Below, in pieces: positions 50,746 to 61,500 of a stretch of DNA of 64,000 nt. Location of the stretch: positions 9,257-73,256 of the forward strand of contig JACRLI010000022.1 of the NCBI GenBank assembly GCA_016235265.1, given 5' to 3'. The stretch is from Candidatus Eiseniibacteriota bacterium. GTDB lineage: Bacteria; Eisenbacteria; RBG-16-71-46; JACRLI01. The translations under genes and the position numbers were made by a program. The notes beneath the pieces were generated by a model that was given only the letters and a program-made list of their open reading frames with translations, made no database searches and was not told the DNA's origin. Position 1 is the stretch's first letter; the number at the start of each line of letters is the position of its first letter.

Positions 50746-52262
50746 TCAAGGTGAAGTTTCGGATGGGCGGTCACGGGCGCGTAATGGCCAGCAGCTTCCT
50801 GGGCCACGCACCGAACTGGTATAAGCTCGCGATCGTGGCCTGCCTGCTGCTGAACTTCTGCGTCCGCGCCGTGTTCGGTCCGGTGGCGACCGGTTGGCTC
50901 ATCCTTGTCGAGTTCATATTCACGCTGGCCATGGCCCTGAAGTGCTTCCCACTTCAGCCGGGGGGGCTGCTGGCCCTTCAGGCCGTGCTCCTGGGGCTTA
51001 CCGACACACGGTCTGCGTATCGGGAGGTGGAGCATGGGCTGCCGGTCCTGCTGCTCGTCATCTTCATGGTGGCCGGCGTCTACTTCCTGCGCGAAATGCT
51101 GTTCCGCATGATCAACCACGTCCTGCTCAGCATCCGCTCGCGTGTCGTGCTCAATCTGGTCACTATCATCGCGGTGTCCGTGCTGTCGGCCTTCCTGGAT
51201 GCGCTGACCATCCTGGCCGTCCTTGTGGCGGTATCTACGGGCTTCTACGAAGTCTATCACCGGGTTGCCTCGAAGGTGGGACACGGCCACGACTCCGACC
51301 TGACAGACCTCAACGTGGATGCACCCCACCTCAAGGACCTGGAGGGTTTCCGGACGTTCCTGCGCAGCCTGCTCATGACTGGAGCCATTGGAACGACGAT
51401 CGGCGGAGTCTGTACGCTGGTGGGCGAGCCCCAGAACATCATCGTCGGCAGAGAGGTCGGCTGGTCATTCATGGAGTTCGCAGCAAAGGTGGCGCCCGCC
51501 TCGATTCCGACGCTCCTCGCCGGTTTCGCCACGTGCCTGGTGGTCACGAAGCTGAAGTGGTTTGGCTACGGAGCGGAGCTGCCGACAAGCGTGCGCCGGG
51601 CTCTGCAGGACGAGGATCGCCGGCTGGCCGCGGACCGAACGCCGCATCACCGTTTCCTGGTCGTCACGCAGGCGATCGTGGGCTTGCTGATGGTGGTGGC
51701 GCTGGCATTCCATGTGGCCGAGATCGGCCTGATCGGGCTGGCCGTCATCGTAATCGTATCTGCGCTCGGCGGAATCACGGACGAGCGCAGCGTAGCCCAG
51801 GCATTCATGCCCGGATTGCCCTTCGCCTCGCTGCTGGTCGTGTTCTATGTGCTGGTGGCCATGATCGGCACGCTGGACCTGTTCAAGCCGATGATCGAGT
51901 GGGCGCTGACCATGAAGCCGCAGCAGCAGGTGCTCATGATCTTCGTCACCAATGGGGCGCTGTCCGCGGTCAGCGACAATGTCTTCGTCGCGGCCATCTA
52001 CATGAAGGTGCTGAAAGCGGCGTTCGAGGCCGGTCTCTCCAGCAATGCCCTCTTCGAGGCACAGTCCGTGGCGGTGATGATGGGCACAGGGATTCCGAGC
52101 ATGTCCACACCAAACGGCCAGGCGGCTTTCCTGTACCTTCTCACTTCCCGGGTCGCGCCCATGATCGGACTCGGATACGGACGGATGTTGTGGATGGCGC
52201 TGCCCTTCACATTGGTGACGACCCTCGTCGCCGGGATAGCTGTCTTCTGGATCGGACGGTGA
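50742..52262 (+). CDS. nhaB: Na+/H+ antiporter NhaB
   Basis: FLGHAPNWYK, EFIFTLAMALKCFPLQPGGLLA, SAFLDALT, GGVCTLVGEPQN, SDNVFVA and TPNGQAAFL motifs. Confidence 0.93.
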   Translation: MIKVKFRMGGHGRVMASSFLGHAPNWYKLAIVACLLLNFCVRAVFGPVATGWLILVEFIFTLAMALKCFPLQPGGLLALQAVLLGLTDTRSAYREVEHGLPVLLLVIFMVAGVYFLREMLFRMINHVLLSIRSRVVLNLVTIIAVSVLSAFLDALTILAVLVAVSTGFYEVYHRVASKVGHGHDSDLTDLNVDAPHLKDLEGFRTFLRSLLMTGAIGTTIGGVCTLVGEPQNIIVGREVGWSFMEFAAKVAPASIPTLLAGFATCLVVTKLKWFGYGAELPTSVRRALQDEDRRLAADRTPHHRFLVVTQAIVGLLMVVALAFHVAEIGLIGLAVIVIVSALGGITDERSVAQAFMPGLPFASLLVVFYVLVAMIGTLDLFKPMIEWALTMKPQQQVLMIFVTNGALSAVSDNVFVAAIYMKVLKAAFEAGLSSNALFEAQSVAVMMGTGIPSMSTPNGQAAFLYLLTSRVAPMIGLGYGRMLWMALPFTLVTTLVAGIAVFWIGR

Positions 52263-52316
52263 GCAGGCCTGGCGCTGCTCATGCGTCGATAAGGGGCGGC
52301 GCGATTCGGGAATCCA

Positions 52317-52325
52317 TGGTATAAT
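52317..52325 (+). promoter_or_regulatory. Extended -10 promoter upstream of C25 protease 1
   Basis: TG-G-TATAAT. Confidence 0.55.
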
Positions 52326-52381
52326 TCATCAATATCGGTTCACAGTATCCCCCGGGACAAGACCCCAACTGCGCGAGACTC

Positions 52382-55300
52382 ATGCACTGCCTGCCCCTCA
52401 CCGCGCGCGCGGGCCGATCGCCCCAAGTGGCGTCGGCCCTGCTGCTTGCCCTGGTCTGCCTGGTCTGCCTGGTCGCCGGCGCCGCGCCGGCGGCGGGAGC
52501 CGGACTGGCCGAGCGCCAGGCTCGGTTCCACCTCCGCGACCTGAAGCTGCTCGGCCCGGCGGGCGGTGCGCGGGTGGCGCTGGCCGGGACCTTCAACCGG
52601 GGCCGCGCCGGCGAGCCGGAGCTGCCGGTTGCCACGCTGGCGGTGGAGTTGCCGCCCGGCGCACGGGTGACCGGCTGGCAGGTGATTCCGCTTGAGGTCG
52701 TTGATCTCCCTGCGCGCGCCCGGCTGGCGCTCCTGGATGGCTGGCGCACCGGCAGCGGCGAACTGGTGCGAGGCCCGGCCGGGATCCGCCCGCAGCCCCG
52801 CGGCGACACCTGGTTCCCCGAACGCCCCTACGGCGAGTTGAAGACCGGGTTCCTGCAGGGTCACGCGATCGCGAGCGTGGCGGTGCGCCCGGTGCAGTGC
52901 CTCGCCGCCGAAGAGCGGGTGCGGCTGATCACCGGGTTCCGGCTTCGCGTGAGCTACGAGGAGGCCGACGGCCCGCGGCCCCTGCGGCGGGTGCGGACCA
53001 CCGGGGCCACGGAGGCCGCCGCCCGCCGCGCGCTGGGGGCGTTGGGGCTGCCGTTCGAGCCGGCTGCCGGCTCCGATCCCGCCCGTGTCCGGCCCTTTGC
53101 CGCCGGCGAGTACCCCGGCCCGCTGGGCCGCGAGGCCGCCTACCTGATCGTCACGCCCGACTCGCTCGCGGCCACGTTTCAGCCGCTGGCCGACTGGAAG
53201 ACCCGCCAGGGCATCAGCGCCGGGATCGTGACCTTCTCCCAGGTCCAGGCGCGCTATCCGCAGGGAGTGGACCTGCCGGAGAAGATCCGGTTGTGCGTGC
53301 GGGACGCCTACCTCTATAACGGCACGCAGTGGCTGCTGCTGGGCGGGACCGGGCAGCTCATCCCGCCGCGGTACGCCTTCAGCCTGCTGCAGCACGACGC
53401 GCCGGTGCCCACGGACATGTACTACAGCAATCTCGACGGCAACTGGAACGCCAACGCCAACTCGCTGTTCGCCGAGGCGTTCGCGGACTCCTTCGCGCCC
53501 GGCGACGGGGTGGACCTGTACCCGGAGGTCTACGTGGGCCGCGCGCCGATCCTCAACACCGCCGAAGCCGCGGTGTTCGTGGCCAAGACGCTGGCCTACG
53601 ACCAGGACCCGCCGCGCGACTACCTGGAGCGGACGCTGTTGTTCGCGGAGGTGGTGTTCCCGGTGGACTGGGTCGCCGGCGAGCCGATCCTCTACGACGG
53701 TGCGCTGCTGGCCCAGGACGTGGCGGACCGCCTGCCGCCGTGGACGCGCGTGGCGCGGCTGTACGAGAACAACGACCAGGAACAGTACCCGGGCTCGCTG
53801 CCGGAGACGCGCCAGGCGGTGTTTGATTCCCTGGGGGTCGGCTACAACATCGCGGTGGATTGCGGCCACGGCTACCGCAACACCATGTCGGTGGGCGCCG
53901 GCTCGCTGATCAACGCGGACATGCGCGCGCTGACCAACGGGCCGCGCAACAGTTTCCTGGTGGCGCTGGACTGCACCGCGGCGGCCTTCGACTTCGACTG
54001 CATCGCGGCGGCCTCGGTGACCGCGCCCCACGGCGGCGCCTTCGCCTTCTGGGGCTCCACCCGGGAGGACTTCCCGCAGGTCAGCAAGGCCTACGTGGAC
54101 AACTTCTTCAACACCGTCAACCGCGACAGCGTGGGCGAGCTGGGCGAGGCGCTGGCGCTGTGCAAGGTGCCGTTCATCCCGGTGTCGGACACCGACGACC
54201 CGGACCGCTGGACCCAGTTCGCGTTCGTGCTGCTGGGAGATCCCGGCCTGCGGCTCCGCCTGCGCGCGCCCAGCGAGATGACCGTCACCGCGCCGTCCAC
54301 GTTCGTGCTCGGGGACCCGGGATACGCGGTCCTGGTCACCTCCGGCGGTGCGCCGGTGGAGAGCGCGCTGGTGTGCGTGCGCAAGCCCGGCGACGACCTG
54401 CGCGCGGGATACACAGACGCATCCGGCCAGGTCACGCTGGCCTTCCAGCCTGACTCCACCGGCGGGTTCGAGCTGACCGCCACCCGGCGCAACTTCCTGC
54501 CCCACATGGGCTCGGGAACCGTGGCGCCGCGGGGCCCGGCGTACCTCTACGACGCTTCGCCGGTCAAGACCATCCTGGACGGCACCCTGGTCCCGCAGAA
54601 CGGCAACGGGGACGGTGCCGTGGACGCGGGCGAGACGGTGCAGGTGCGCGTTCCGGTGGCGAACGGCGGCGATCTCGCGGCCGCCGGCGCGACCGGCATC
54701 CTGCTCTCCACCACGGCGGGCGTGTCGGTGCTCTCGAGCATGGTGAACTACGGTGCGATTCCCGCGCACGCCACGGCCCCCGGGAACGGCGCCTACCTGG
54801 TTCGCTTCTCGAGGAGCCTGCGCGACGGGCTGAAGGTGCCGTTCACGCTGCGCCTCACCGACATCACCGACGACATCCGCAGTGACTACTTCACCGCCAC
54901 GGTGCGAGCGCCCGCGGTGGAGCACTACGCCCACTCGTGGACCGACTCGGTGGCGGGGGCGGATCACTTCACCCTGCTGCGCGTCACGCTGCGCAACCTG
55001 GGGGGCGGGCCCTTCCACGGACTCGTCGCGAAGGTGCTGCCGGAGTCCTCCGCGCTTTCGCCCATGGACTCCGTGAGCGCTTACGGGAGCCTGGCGGTGG
55101 GCGCCAGCTCGGCCGGCACGGGACAGTTCCGGTACGCGGGGCAGGCCACCGGGGCCAGCCGCTTCCGGCTGCTGCTCTCCGATGCATACGGCTGGGCCGA
55201 CACCCTTGGATTCTCCCTGGAGCCCCCCGGACCGGTGAGCGGCCTCGCGGCGCAGGGCTCCAACACCTCGATCACGCTGACCTGGTATCCCCCGGCGGAC

Positions 55301-57142
55301 CCGGCTCCCATCGCGGGCTACTACATCTACCGGTCCACCGATCCCGCCGGTCCCTTCACCCGCTCGAACCCGCGGATCACCGGGCGAACCACCTACTTCA
55401 ACGACGCCGGGCTGGCCCCGCTCACGACCTACTACTACCAGGTGACCGCCGTGGACTCCGGCGCCAACGAGAGCGTTCCGTCCGCCATGGCCAGCGTCAG
55501 CACCAATCCGCCCTACCGGCCGGGCTGGCCGGTGATGACCGGCAAGGAGATGGCCGGCTCCCCGGTTCTGGTGAACCTGGACCATTCGCCGGACGGCTCG
55601 CAGGAGATCCTGGTGGGGACCGACGGGGTGCGCGCGTGGCGCGCGGACGGAGGGGAGCAGCCGCCGCGCGGTTGGGTGGGCCCGCCCGACGGGCCGTGGG
55701 TGCCGCGGGGGATCTACGCCTCTTCGATCGCCGTGGCCGACCTGTTCCAGGACGGCCAGTACGCGGTGGTGGGCATGAGCCAGGACTCGGGACTGGTGTT
55801 CGTGTGGGACGAGTACGGCCGCGTGGCCCCCGGCTGGCCACGGCGGGTGCTGTCGGGCTTCCCGTTCGGCTCCCCGGCCATCGGCGACATCGATGGCGAC
55901 GGCCATCCCGACATCGCGCTGGGCTGTGGCGGCCAGGTGTACGCGTGGCACGCGGACGGCTCGGAGCTGGCCGACGGCGACCACAATCCGTCCACGCAGG
56001 GGGTGATCCGCCAGATCGGGGGAAGCTACCTCTACGGCTCGCCGGCGCTCGCGGATCTCGACGGCGACGGCAGGCTGGACATCATCCTGGGAGGGTCCGA
56101 CGCGCGGATGCACGCCATTCGCCACGACGGCACCGAGTGCCGCGGCTGGCCCCTCGTCGCGGGCGCCCCGGTCACCGGTTCGGCCGCGGTGGCGGACCTG
56201 GACCTCGACGGGCACTACGAGGTGGTGTTCCCGTCCAACTCGAACTTCCTGTACTGCGTGAGCGACTCGGGCACCGAGAAGCCGGGCTGGGCGGTGCCGA
56301 TGGCGCTGGACCGGACCAGCCGCAGTCCCTCGCCCGCGCTGGCGGACCTGGACGGCGACGGCTACCTGGATGTGATCGAGGCCACCACCGACGGACACCT
56401 GCGCGCGCTGGACCACCTGGGCCACGATCTCCCGGGTTGGGGCAACGTCCGCTACGCGACCGCGTACGCGTCGTACGCCGGCACCTCGGAGTCCTCGCCG
56501 GTGGTGGCGGACCTGGACGGCGACGGCAGTCTCGAAATCCTGGAGGGCGCCGAAGACGCCATGCTGTACGGTTTCCGCGCGGACGGGACGGTGCTGGGCG
56601 GCTTCCCCCTGCGCGTGGGAGGGGAGATCCGCAGCTCGCCGGCGGTGTGGGACCTGGGCAACACCGGCCAGGCCAGCATCGTGCTCTCGTGCTGGGACAA
56701 GTTCGTGTACGTGTGGGACTACCCCGGTGGCTTCAGCCCTGCCCGCGCGCCGTGGCCCATGTTCCGGCACGACGACATGCACACCGGGCTGTACGCCGAT
56801 CCCGGCGGAGTCACCGCCGCCGCGGGCGGCCCGGCGTTGCCCTCGCACGCGGCCCTGTTCCAGAACCGGCCCAACCCGTGCCGCGGCGCCACCACGATCC
56901 GCTTCCAGCTCCCCGTGCGGGCTCGCGGGGCGGCGGGGACGGGCGCCGTCCGCCTCACGGTGCACGACGCCTCCGGGCGGCTGGTGCGCACGCTGGCCGA
57001 CGGCGCCCTGGCTCCGGGCACCTACACCCGCACGTGGGACGGGACGGAGTCAGGCGGCGCGCGGGCCGCCTCGGGGATCTACTTCTGCAGGCTGGCGGCC
57101 GGGGGAGAGGTGCTGACGCGGAAGATGCTGCTGGTGAAGTAG
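52382..57142 (+). CDS. Gingipain-like C25 cysteine peptidase with FN3, FG-GAP repeats and FlgD-Ig-like CTD (paralog 1)
   Basis: Propeptide GEPELP; YLIVT, LADWKTRQG, DMYYSNLDG, VGRAP; catalytic GHG...DC; LLGDP; ADLDGDG repeats; QNRPNP...WDG...ASGIYF. Confidence 0.9.
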   Translation: MHCLPLTARAGRSPQVASALLLALVCLVCLVAGAAPAAGAGLAERQARFHLRDLKLLGPAGGARVALAGTFNRGRAGEPELPVATLAVELPPGARVTGWQVIPLEVVDLPARARLALLDGWRTGSGELVRGPAGIRPQPRGDTWFPERPYGELKTGFLQGHAIASVAVRPVQCLAAEERVRLITGFRLRVSYEEADGPRPLRRVRTTGATEAAARRALGALGLPFEPAAGSDPARVRPFAAGEYPGPLGREAAYLIVTPDSLAATFQPLADWKTRQGISAGIVTFSQVQARYPQGVDLPEKIRLCVRDAYLYNGTQWLLLGGTGQLIPPRYAFSLLQHDAPVPTDMYYSNLDGNWNANANSLFAEAFADSFAPGDGVDLYPEVYVGRAPILNTAEAAVFVAKTLAYDQDPPRDYLERTLLFAEVVFPVDWVAGEPILYDGALLAQDVADRLPPWTRVARLYENNDQEQYPGSLPETRQAVFDSLGVGYNIAVDCGHGYRNTMSVGAGSLINADMRALTNGPRNSFLVALDCTAAAFDFDCIAAASVTAPHGGAFAFWGSTREDFPQVSKAYVDNFFNTVNRDSVGELGEALALCKVPFIPVSDTDDPDRWTQFAFVLLGDPGLRLRLRAPSEMTVTAPSTFVLGDPGYAVLVTSGGAPVESALVCVRKPGDDLRAGYTDASGQVTLAFQPDSTGGFELTATRRNFLPHMGSGTVAPRGPAYLYDASPVKTILDGTLVPQNGNGDGAVDAGETVQVRVPVANGGDLAAAGATGILLSTTAGVSVLSSMVNYGAIPAHATAPGNGAYLVRFSRSLRDGLKVPFTLRLTDITDDIRSDYFTATVRAPAVEHYAHSWTDSVAGADHFTLLRVTLRNLGGGPFHGLVAKVLPESSALSPMDSVSAYGSLAVGASSAGTGQFRYAGQATGASRFRLLLSDAYGWADTLGFSLEPPGPVSGLAAQGSNTSITLTWYPPADPAPIAGYYIYRSTDPAGPFTRSNPRITGRTTYFNDAGLAPLTTYYYQVTAVDSGANESVPSAMASVSTNPPYRPGWPVMTGKEMAGSPVLVNLDHSPDGSQEILVGTDGVRAWRADGGEQPPRGWVGPPDGPWVPRGIYASSIAVADLFQDGQYAVVGMSQDSGLVFVWDEYGRVAPGWPRRVLSGFPFGSPAIGDIDGDGHPDIALGCGGQVYAWHADGSELADGDHNPSTQGVIRQIGGSYLYGSPALADLDGDGRLDIILGGSDARMHAIRHDGTECRGWPLVAGAPVTGSAAVADLDLDGHYEVVFPSNSNFLYCVSDSGTEKPGWAVPMALDRTSRSPSPALADLDGDGYLDVIEATTDGHLRALDHLGHDLPGWGNVRYATAYASYAGTSESSPVVADLDGDGSLEILEGAEDAMLYGFRADGTVLGGFPLRVGGEIRSSPAVWDLGNTGQASIVLSCWDKFVYVWDYPGGFSPARAPWPMFRHDDMHTGLYADPGGVTAAAGGPALPSHAALFQNRPNPCRGATTIRFQLPVRARGAAGTGAVRLTVHDASGRLVRTLADGALAPGTYTRTWDGTESGGARAASGIYFCRLAAGGEVLTRKMLLVK

Positions 57143-57206
57143 TGACGGGCCGGGCGGCCCGCCGGAGGAAAGGGATCGTGACCCGCACGGCGGGAAGCGT
57201 CCCGCC

Positions 57207-57686
57207 TCAACCCCGCGGCCGCCGCCCCGTGGCCTTGTACTCCACGTAGTCCCGCACGATCCGGCTGTGGTCGAACGCCAGCGGATGGGGAACTCCGGTG
57301 GCGGCCTCGAACAGCTCCGCCTTCGCCGCGTCGTCGCCCGCGCACAGCGTGCCGCGGCCCTGCGCCAGGAACACCGTGGTGATGGAGTGCTGCCGGGGAT
57401 CGCGGCCCGGGTCCGAGTACACGTGGAACTGCTCCAGGTCCACCAGCTCCAGGCCCGTCTCCTCCATGGCCTCGCGCCGCGCGGAATCCTCGATCTTCTC
57501 GCCGTAGGTCACGTAGCCGCCCGGCAGCGCCCAGTTCACGGGCTCGTTCCTGCGGTACACCAGCACCAGCCTGCCCTGGTGCTCGATCAGCATGTCCACG
57601 CTCACCCCGGGCCGCTGCCACGTCTTCACCACGGCGCCGCAGCGCTCGCACGTCTCGCGCACCTCGCCGCGCACGTCCCCGCTCAC
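57207..57686 (-). CDS. Nudix hydrolase with an N-terminal Zn-ribbon-like CxxC
   Basis: CERCG; WALPGGYVTYGEKIEDSARREAMEETGL Nudix box; YSDPGRDPR; LAFDH. Confidence 0.92.
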   Translation of the reverse strand: MSGDVRGEVRETCERCGAVVKTWQRPGVSVDMLIEHQGRLVLVYRRNEPVNWALPGGYVTYGEKIEDSARREAMEETGLELVDLEQFHVYSDPGRDPRQHSITTVFLAQGRGTLCAGDDAAKAELFEAATGVPHPLAFDHSRIVRDYVEYKATGRRPRG

Positions 57687-58264
57687 GGCTGGACCCCCGC
57701 GGCGGCCAGCAGCTCCCGCGCCGTGAACAGCGCCTGCAGCGGCAGCCCGGCGGCCACCAGCGCCTCCCGTCCGCCCTGTTCGCGGTCCACCACGGCCCAC
57801 ACCCCCACGATGGGGCAACCCAGCTCGCGCACCGCCTCGGCCGCCTCCAGCGCCGAGCCGCCGCTGGTGACCACGTCCTCCAGGAGTGCCACCGGCGTGC
57901 CCGGCTCCAGCCCGCCCTCGACGCGCGCCCCGGTTCCGTGCTCTTTCACCTTCTTCCGGACCAGGAAGGCCGGCAGCGGGTGGCCCCACTCGCTGGAGAG
58001 CGCGGCCAGGGCGCACGCCAGCGGGTCGGCTCCCAGGGTCAGACCGCCGGTTGCGCGCGCCTCCGTGGGCCGGATGGCATCCAAGAGGAGGCGGGAGATC
58101 AGCCACGAGCCCCGGGGGTGGAGGCTGGTGCGCCGGACGTCCAGGTAGAACGAGGACCGCCGACCCGAGGCCAGCACAAAATCGCCCCTCAAAAGGGACC
58201 GCTCGAGCAGTATTTCGAAAAGCTCCTGCCGCGCGGACTTGGGGCCGGACGGGGTGGTCTGCAT
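57683..58264 (-). CDS. pyrE: Orotate phosphoribosyltransferase
   Basis: GDFVLASGRRSSFYLD, GGLTLGADP, VRKKVKEHGT, LLEDVVTSGGS and VVDREQGG motifs. Confidence 0.95.
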   Translation of the reverse strand: MQTTPSGPKSARQELFEILLERSLLRGDFVLASGRRSSFYLDVRRTSLHPRGSWLISRLLLDAIRPTEARATGGLTLGADPLACALAALSSEWGHPLPAFLVRKKVKEHGTGARVEGGLEPGTPVALLEDVVTSGGSALEAAEAVRELGCPIVGVWAVVDREQGGREALVAAGLPLQALFTARELLAAAGVQP

Positions 58265-58271
58265 GCCCGGG

Positions 58272-58335
58272 AGGGTATGGGCAGCCGCCCGCAAAGTCAA
58301 TAAACATTGACATTTCCGGCATTTGATGTTATATT
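58272..58335. promoter_or_regulatory. Back-to-back sigma-70 promoters (pyrE on -, C25 protease 2 on +)
   Basis: Minus strand TTGACT-17-TACCCT (58300-58272); plus strand TTGACA-17-TATATT with TG extension (58307-58335). Confidence 0.65.
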
Positions 58336-58524
58336 TTTTCGTGTGGGTTCGCTCCGTGGGCGGGATCGCCGACAGGAGCCTGCACTGCTGTTTCATGCCT
58401 CCTACAAGAAACGTCCCGGGCCCGCGGCCCCCAGCCGTCGAATCGACGGGGGACTTCCAGCCGTCTTTTCCTGGCTCTCGAACCAGATCGCTGCGCGGGG
58501 TTGCACCCGGACAGGAGAGACTTC

Positions 58525-61500
58525 ATGACGCGCATCACCCACGCCTTCCAGAAATCGTCCCCGCTGCTCGCCATGCTCGTGCTGCTCGCGGTTGCCTCGG
58601 CACCCGCGCTGGCGTCGGGCACGGTCTCGCGCGAGACGCGCTTCATGCTCCGCGACCTGAAGGTGTGGGAGAAGGACGGCGAGGCGCACGTGGCGCTACG
58701 CGGGGCTCCCAACCGCGCGCTCCCCGGCGAGCCCGAGCTGCCCACCGGCTGCATCACCGTGGAAGTGCCCGCGGGCGCCCGGGTCACCTCGTGGAAGGTG
58801 ATCCCGCTCGAGGTCATCGATGTGCCCGCGCGGGCCAAGCTGGCGAAGATGGATGCGTGGATCACCGGGGAGGGCCGGAAGGTCGCCGGCGTCGCGAGCG
58901 CCGCCGCGGCCATCGCGCCGGACGAAGCCGGGTGGTTCCCGGGGGTGCCCTATGACCGGCTCCAGCGGGGCGCGCTGCAGGGTCACTCGCTCGCCACCGT
59001 GGCCGTGCGCCCGGTGCAATACCTCCCGAACGAGGGCCGCATCCGGCTCATCACGCGCTTCCGCCTGATCGTGAACTACGAAGAGAATGCCGCGGCCCGG
59101 CCCCTGGAGCGGGTCCGGCGCACCGAGCGCACCGAGCAGGCGGTGGCACGCGCACTGGGCTCCCTGGGACTGCCCTACACGCCCCGGCCCAACGCGCGCC
59201 CCGCGCGTGGCGGGCTCTTCCCGATGGCGGCGGGCGAGTACCCCGGACCCTTCGGCCGCGAGGCCGCCTACGTGATCGTGACCGCCGACTCGCTGGTGCC
59301 CGCCTTCCAGCCGCTGGCGGACTGGAAGACCCGCCAGGGCGTCAGTTCCGCCATCGTGACCCTGTCCCAAGTCCAGGCGCAGTACCCGCAGGGGGTGGAC
59401 CTGCCCGAGAAGATCCGCCTGTACCTTAAGGACGCGTACCGCTACCAGGGAACCCAGTGGGCCCTGATCGGCGGCACCGGCCAGATCGTGCCGCCGCGCT
59501 ACGCCTACAGCCAGCTGCTGCAGGACGCGCCGGTGCCCGCCGACATGTACTACGGCAACCTGGACGGCAACTGGAACTACAACTCGAACTCGGTCTTTGG
59601 CGAGGCGTACTTCGATTCGCTGGCTCCCGGCGACAGCGTGGACTTCTACCCCGAGGTGTACGTCGGCCGCGCGCCGATCCTCAACTCGACCGAGGCCACG
59701 ATCTTCGTGAACAAGACGCTCACCTACGACCGGAACCCGCCGCAGGCGTACCTGAACAAGGCGCTGCTGTTCTCCGAGGTGCTGTTTCCCTCGGACTACA
59801 CCCCCGGCGCCGGGATCCTCTACGACGGCGCGGTGCTGTCGGAGAGCGTGGCCGACTCGCTGCCCGCCTACAACCAGATCGTGAAGCTGTATGAGAACAA
59901 CGACCCGATCAACTACCCGGGCAGCATCTACGAGACCCGCCAGGCGGTGATCGACTCGCTCAACGCGGGCTACAACTTCGTGCTGCACGTGGGCCACGGG
60001 TTCCGCAACACCATGTCGGTGGGGGCCGGTTCGCTGGTCAACGGAGACCTGCGCGCGCTCACCAACGGTCCGCGCTACTCGTTCCTGATCTCGATCGACT
60101 GCACCTCCGGGGCCATTGATTTCGACTGCATCGGCGCGGCCTCGGTCACCGCCCCCTCGGGTGGCGCCTTCGCCTTCTGGGGCTCCACGCGCGAGGCGTT
60201 CCCGGCGGTGAGCAAGGCCTATCTGGACAACTTCGTGGGCCTGGTGAACAGCGACAGCACCGGCGAGATCGGCGAGGCGATGGCGCTGTGTAAGCTGCCC
60301 TTCGTGGCCGTCACCGAGTCGGACAACCCCGACCGCTGGACGCAGTTCGCATTCATCATGCTGGGCGACCCGTCGCTGCGGCTGCGGCTGCGCCCGGCGA
60401 GCACGCTGAGCGTGACGGCCCCGGCCAGCTTCGTGATGGGCGACCCGGGCTACACGGTCAGTGTCACCTCCGGCGGTTCGCCCGCCGAAAGCGTGCTGGT
60501 GTGCGTCCAGAAGCCGGGGGACGACCTGCAGGCCGGCTACACGGACGCCGCGGGCCAGGTCACCCTGCCGTTCCAGCCCGACAACACCGGCTCGTTCAAC
60601 GTCACCGCCACCAAGCGCAACCACCTGCCCTACATGGGCACCGCAACGGTAGTGGGACGCGGCAGCGCCTATCTCTACGACTACTCCGGCAGCAAGTCGG
60701 TCTCCGACGGCACCACCCCGCCCGAGAGCGGGAACAGCAACGGCCTGGCGGACGCCGGTGAGAGCGTCCAGCTGGGGATCACGGTGGGCAACAACGGGAG
60801 CGGCGTGGCCAACGGGGTGGTGGGCACGCTGTCCACCGCGCAGCCGGGAGTGACGGTCACGTCGAACACGGTGGGCTACGGGAGTATCGGCGCGCACTCC
60901 AGCGCGCCCGGCACCGGCGCCTACGCGGTCAGCTTCTCGCGCGGGCTCCGCGACGGCCTCAAGGTCCCCTTCTCGCTGCACCTCACCGACCTGGCCGGCG
61001 ACTCGCGGGACGACTACTTCACGCTGCCCGTGTCCGCCCCGGTGCCCGAGCACTACGCGCACACCTGGGTGGACTCGGTTTCCGGTCCGACGCACTACAC
61101 GCTGCTCAAGATCACGCTGCGCAACCTGGGCAGCGGTGCGTTCCGCGGGCTCACCGGCACGGTGCGCCCGGTGGCCGGCGGCTTCACGCCGCTGGACTCG
61201 GTGTCCTCCTACGGGAACCTGGCGCCGGGCGCGAGCTGGATCGGCACGAAGGAGTTCCGCTTCCAGGGCCAGGCCACGGCGCTGAGCCGCTTCTACCTGT
61301 TCCTGACCGACGCCAACGGCGAGGCCGACACGTTCAACTTCGACCTCAAGGCGCCCGGTGCGATCGGGAACCTGGCCGCGCTCGGCTCGCACAGCTCCAT
61401 CGCGCTCACCTGGACCGCCTCGCCCGACTCCACCACGGTGGCGGGCTACTACCTCTACCGTTCCACCGCATCCGGCGGGCCCTACGCGCGGGTGAACCCG

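Noticed and set aside
45084..52300. Calling the trehalose-nhaB block a mobile element
   Set aside because: No integrase, transposase, att-like direct repeats or tRNA anchor seen; kept only as a compositional observation
52450..52474. 9-nt microrepeat (CCTGGTCTG) in the signal peptide of C25 paralog 1 as a phase-variation tract
   Set aside because: The unit length is a multiple of 3 and there are under three copies, so slippage would not switch expression
52340..56965. Very long antisense and alternative-frame ORFs (e.g. 52340-56965 -, 23491-26349 -, 58696-61647 -, 13711-16017 +)
   Set aside because: Shadow ORFs expected from high-GC codon bias opposite real genes; no protein motifs
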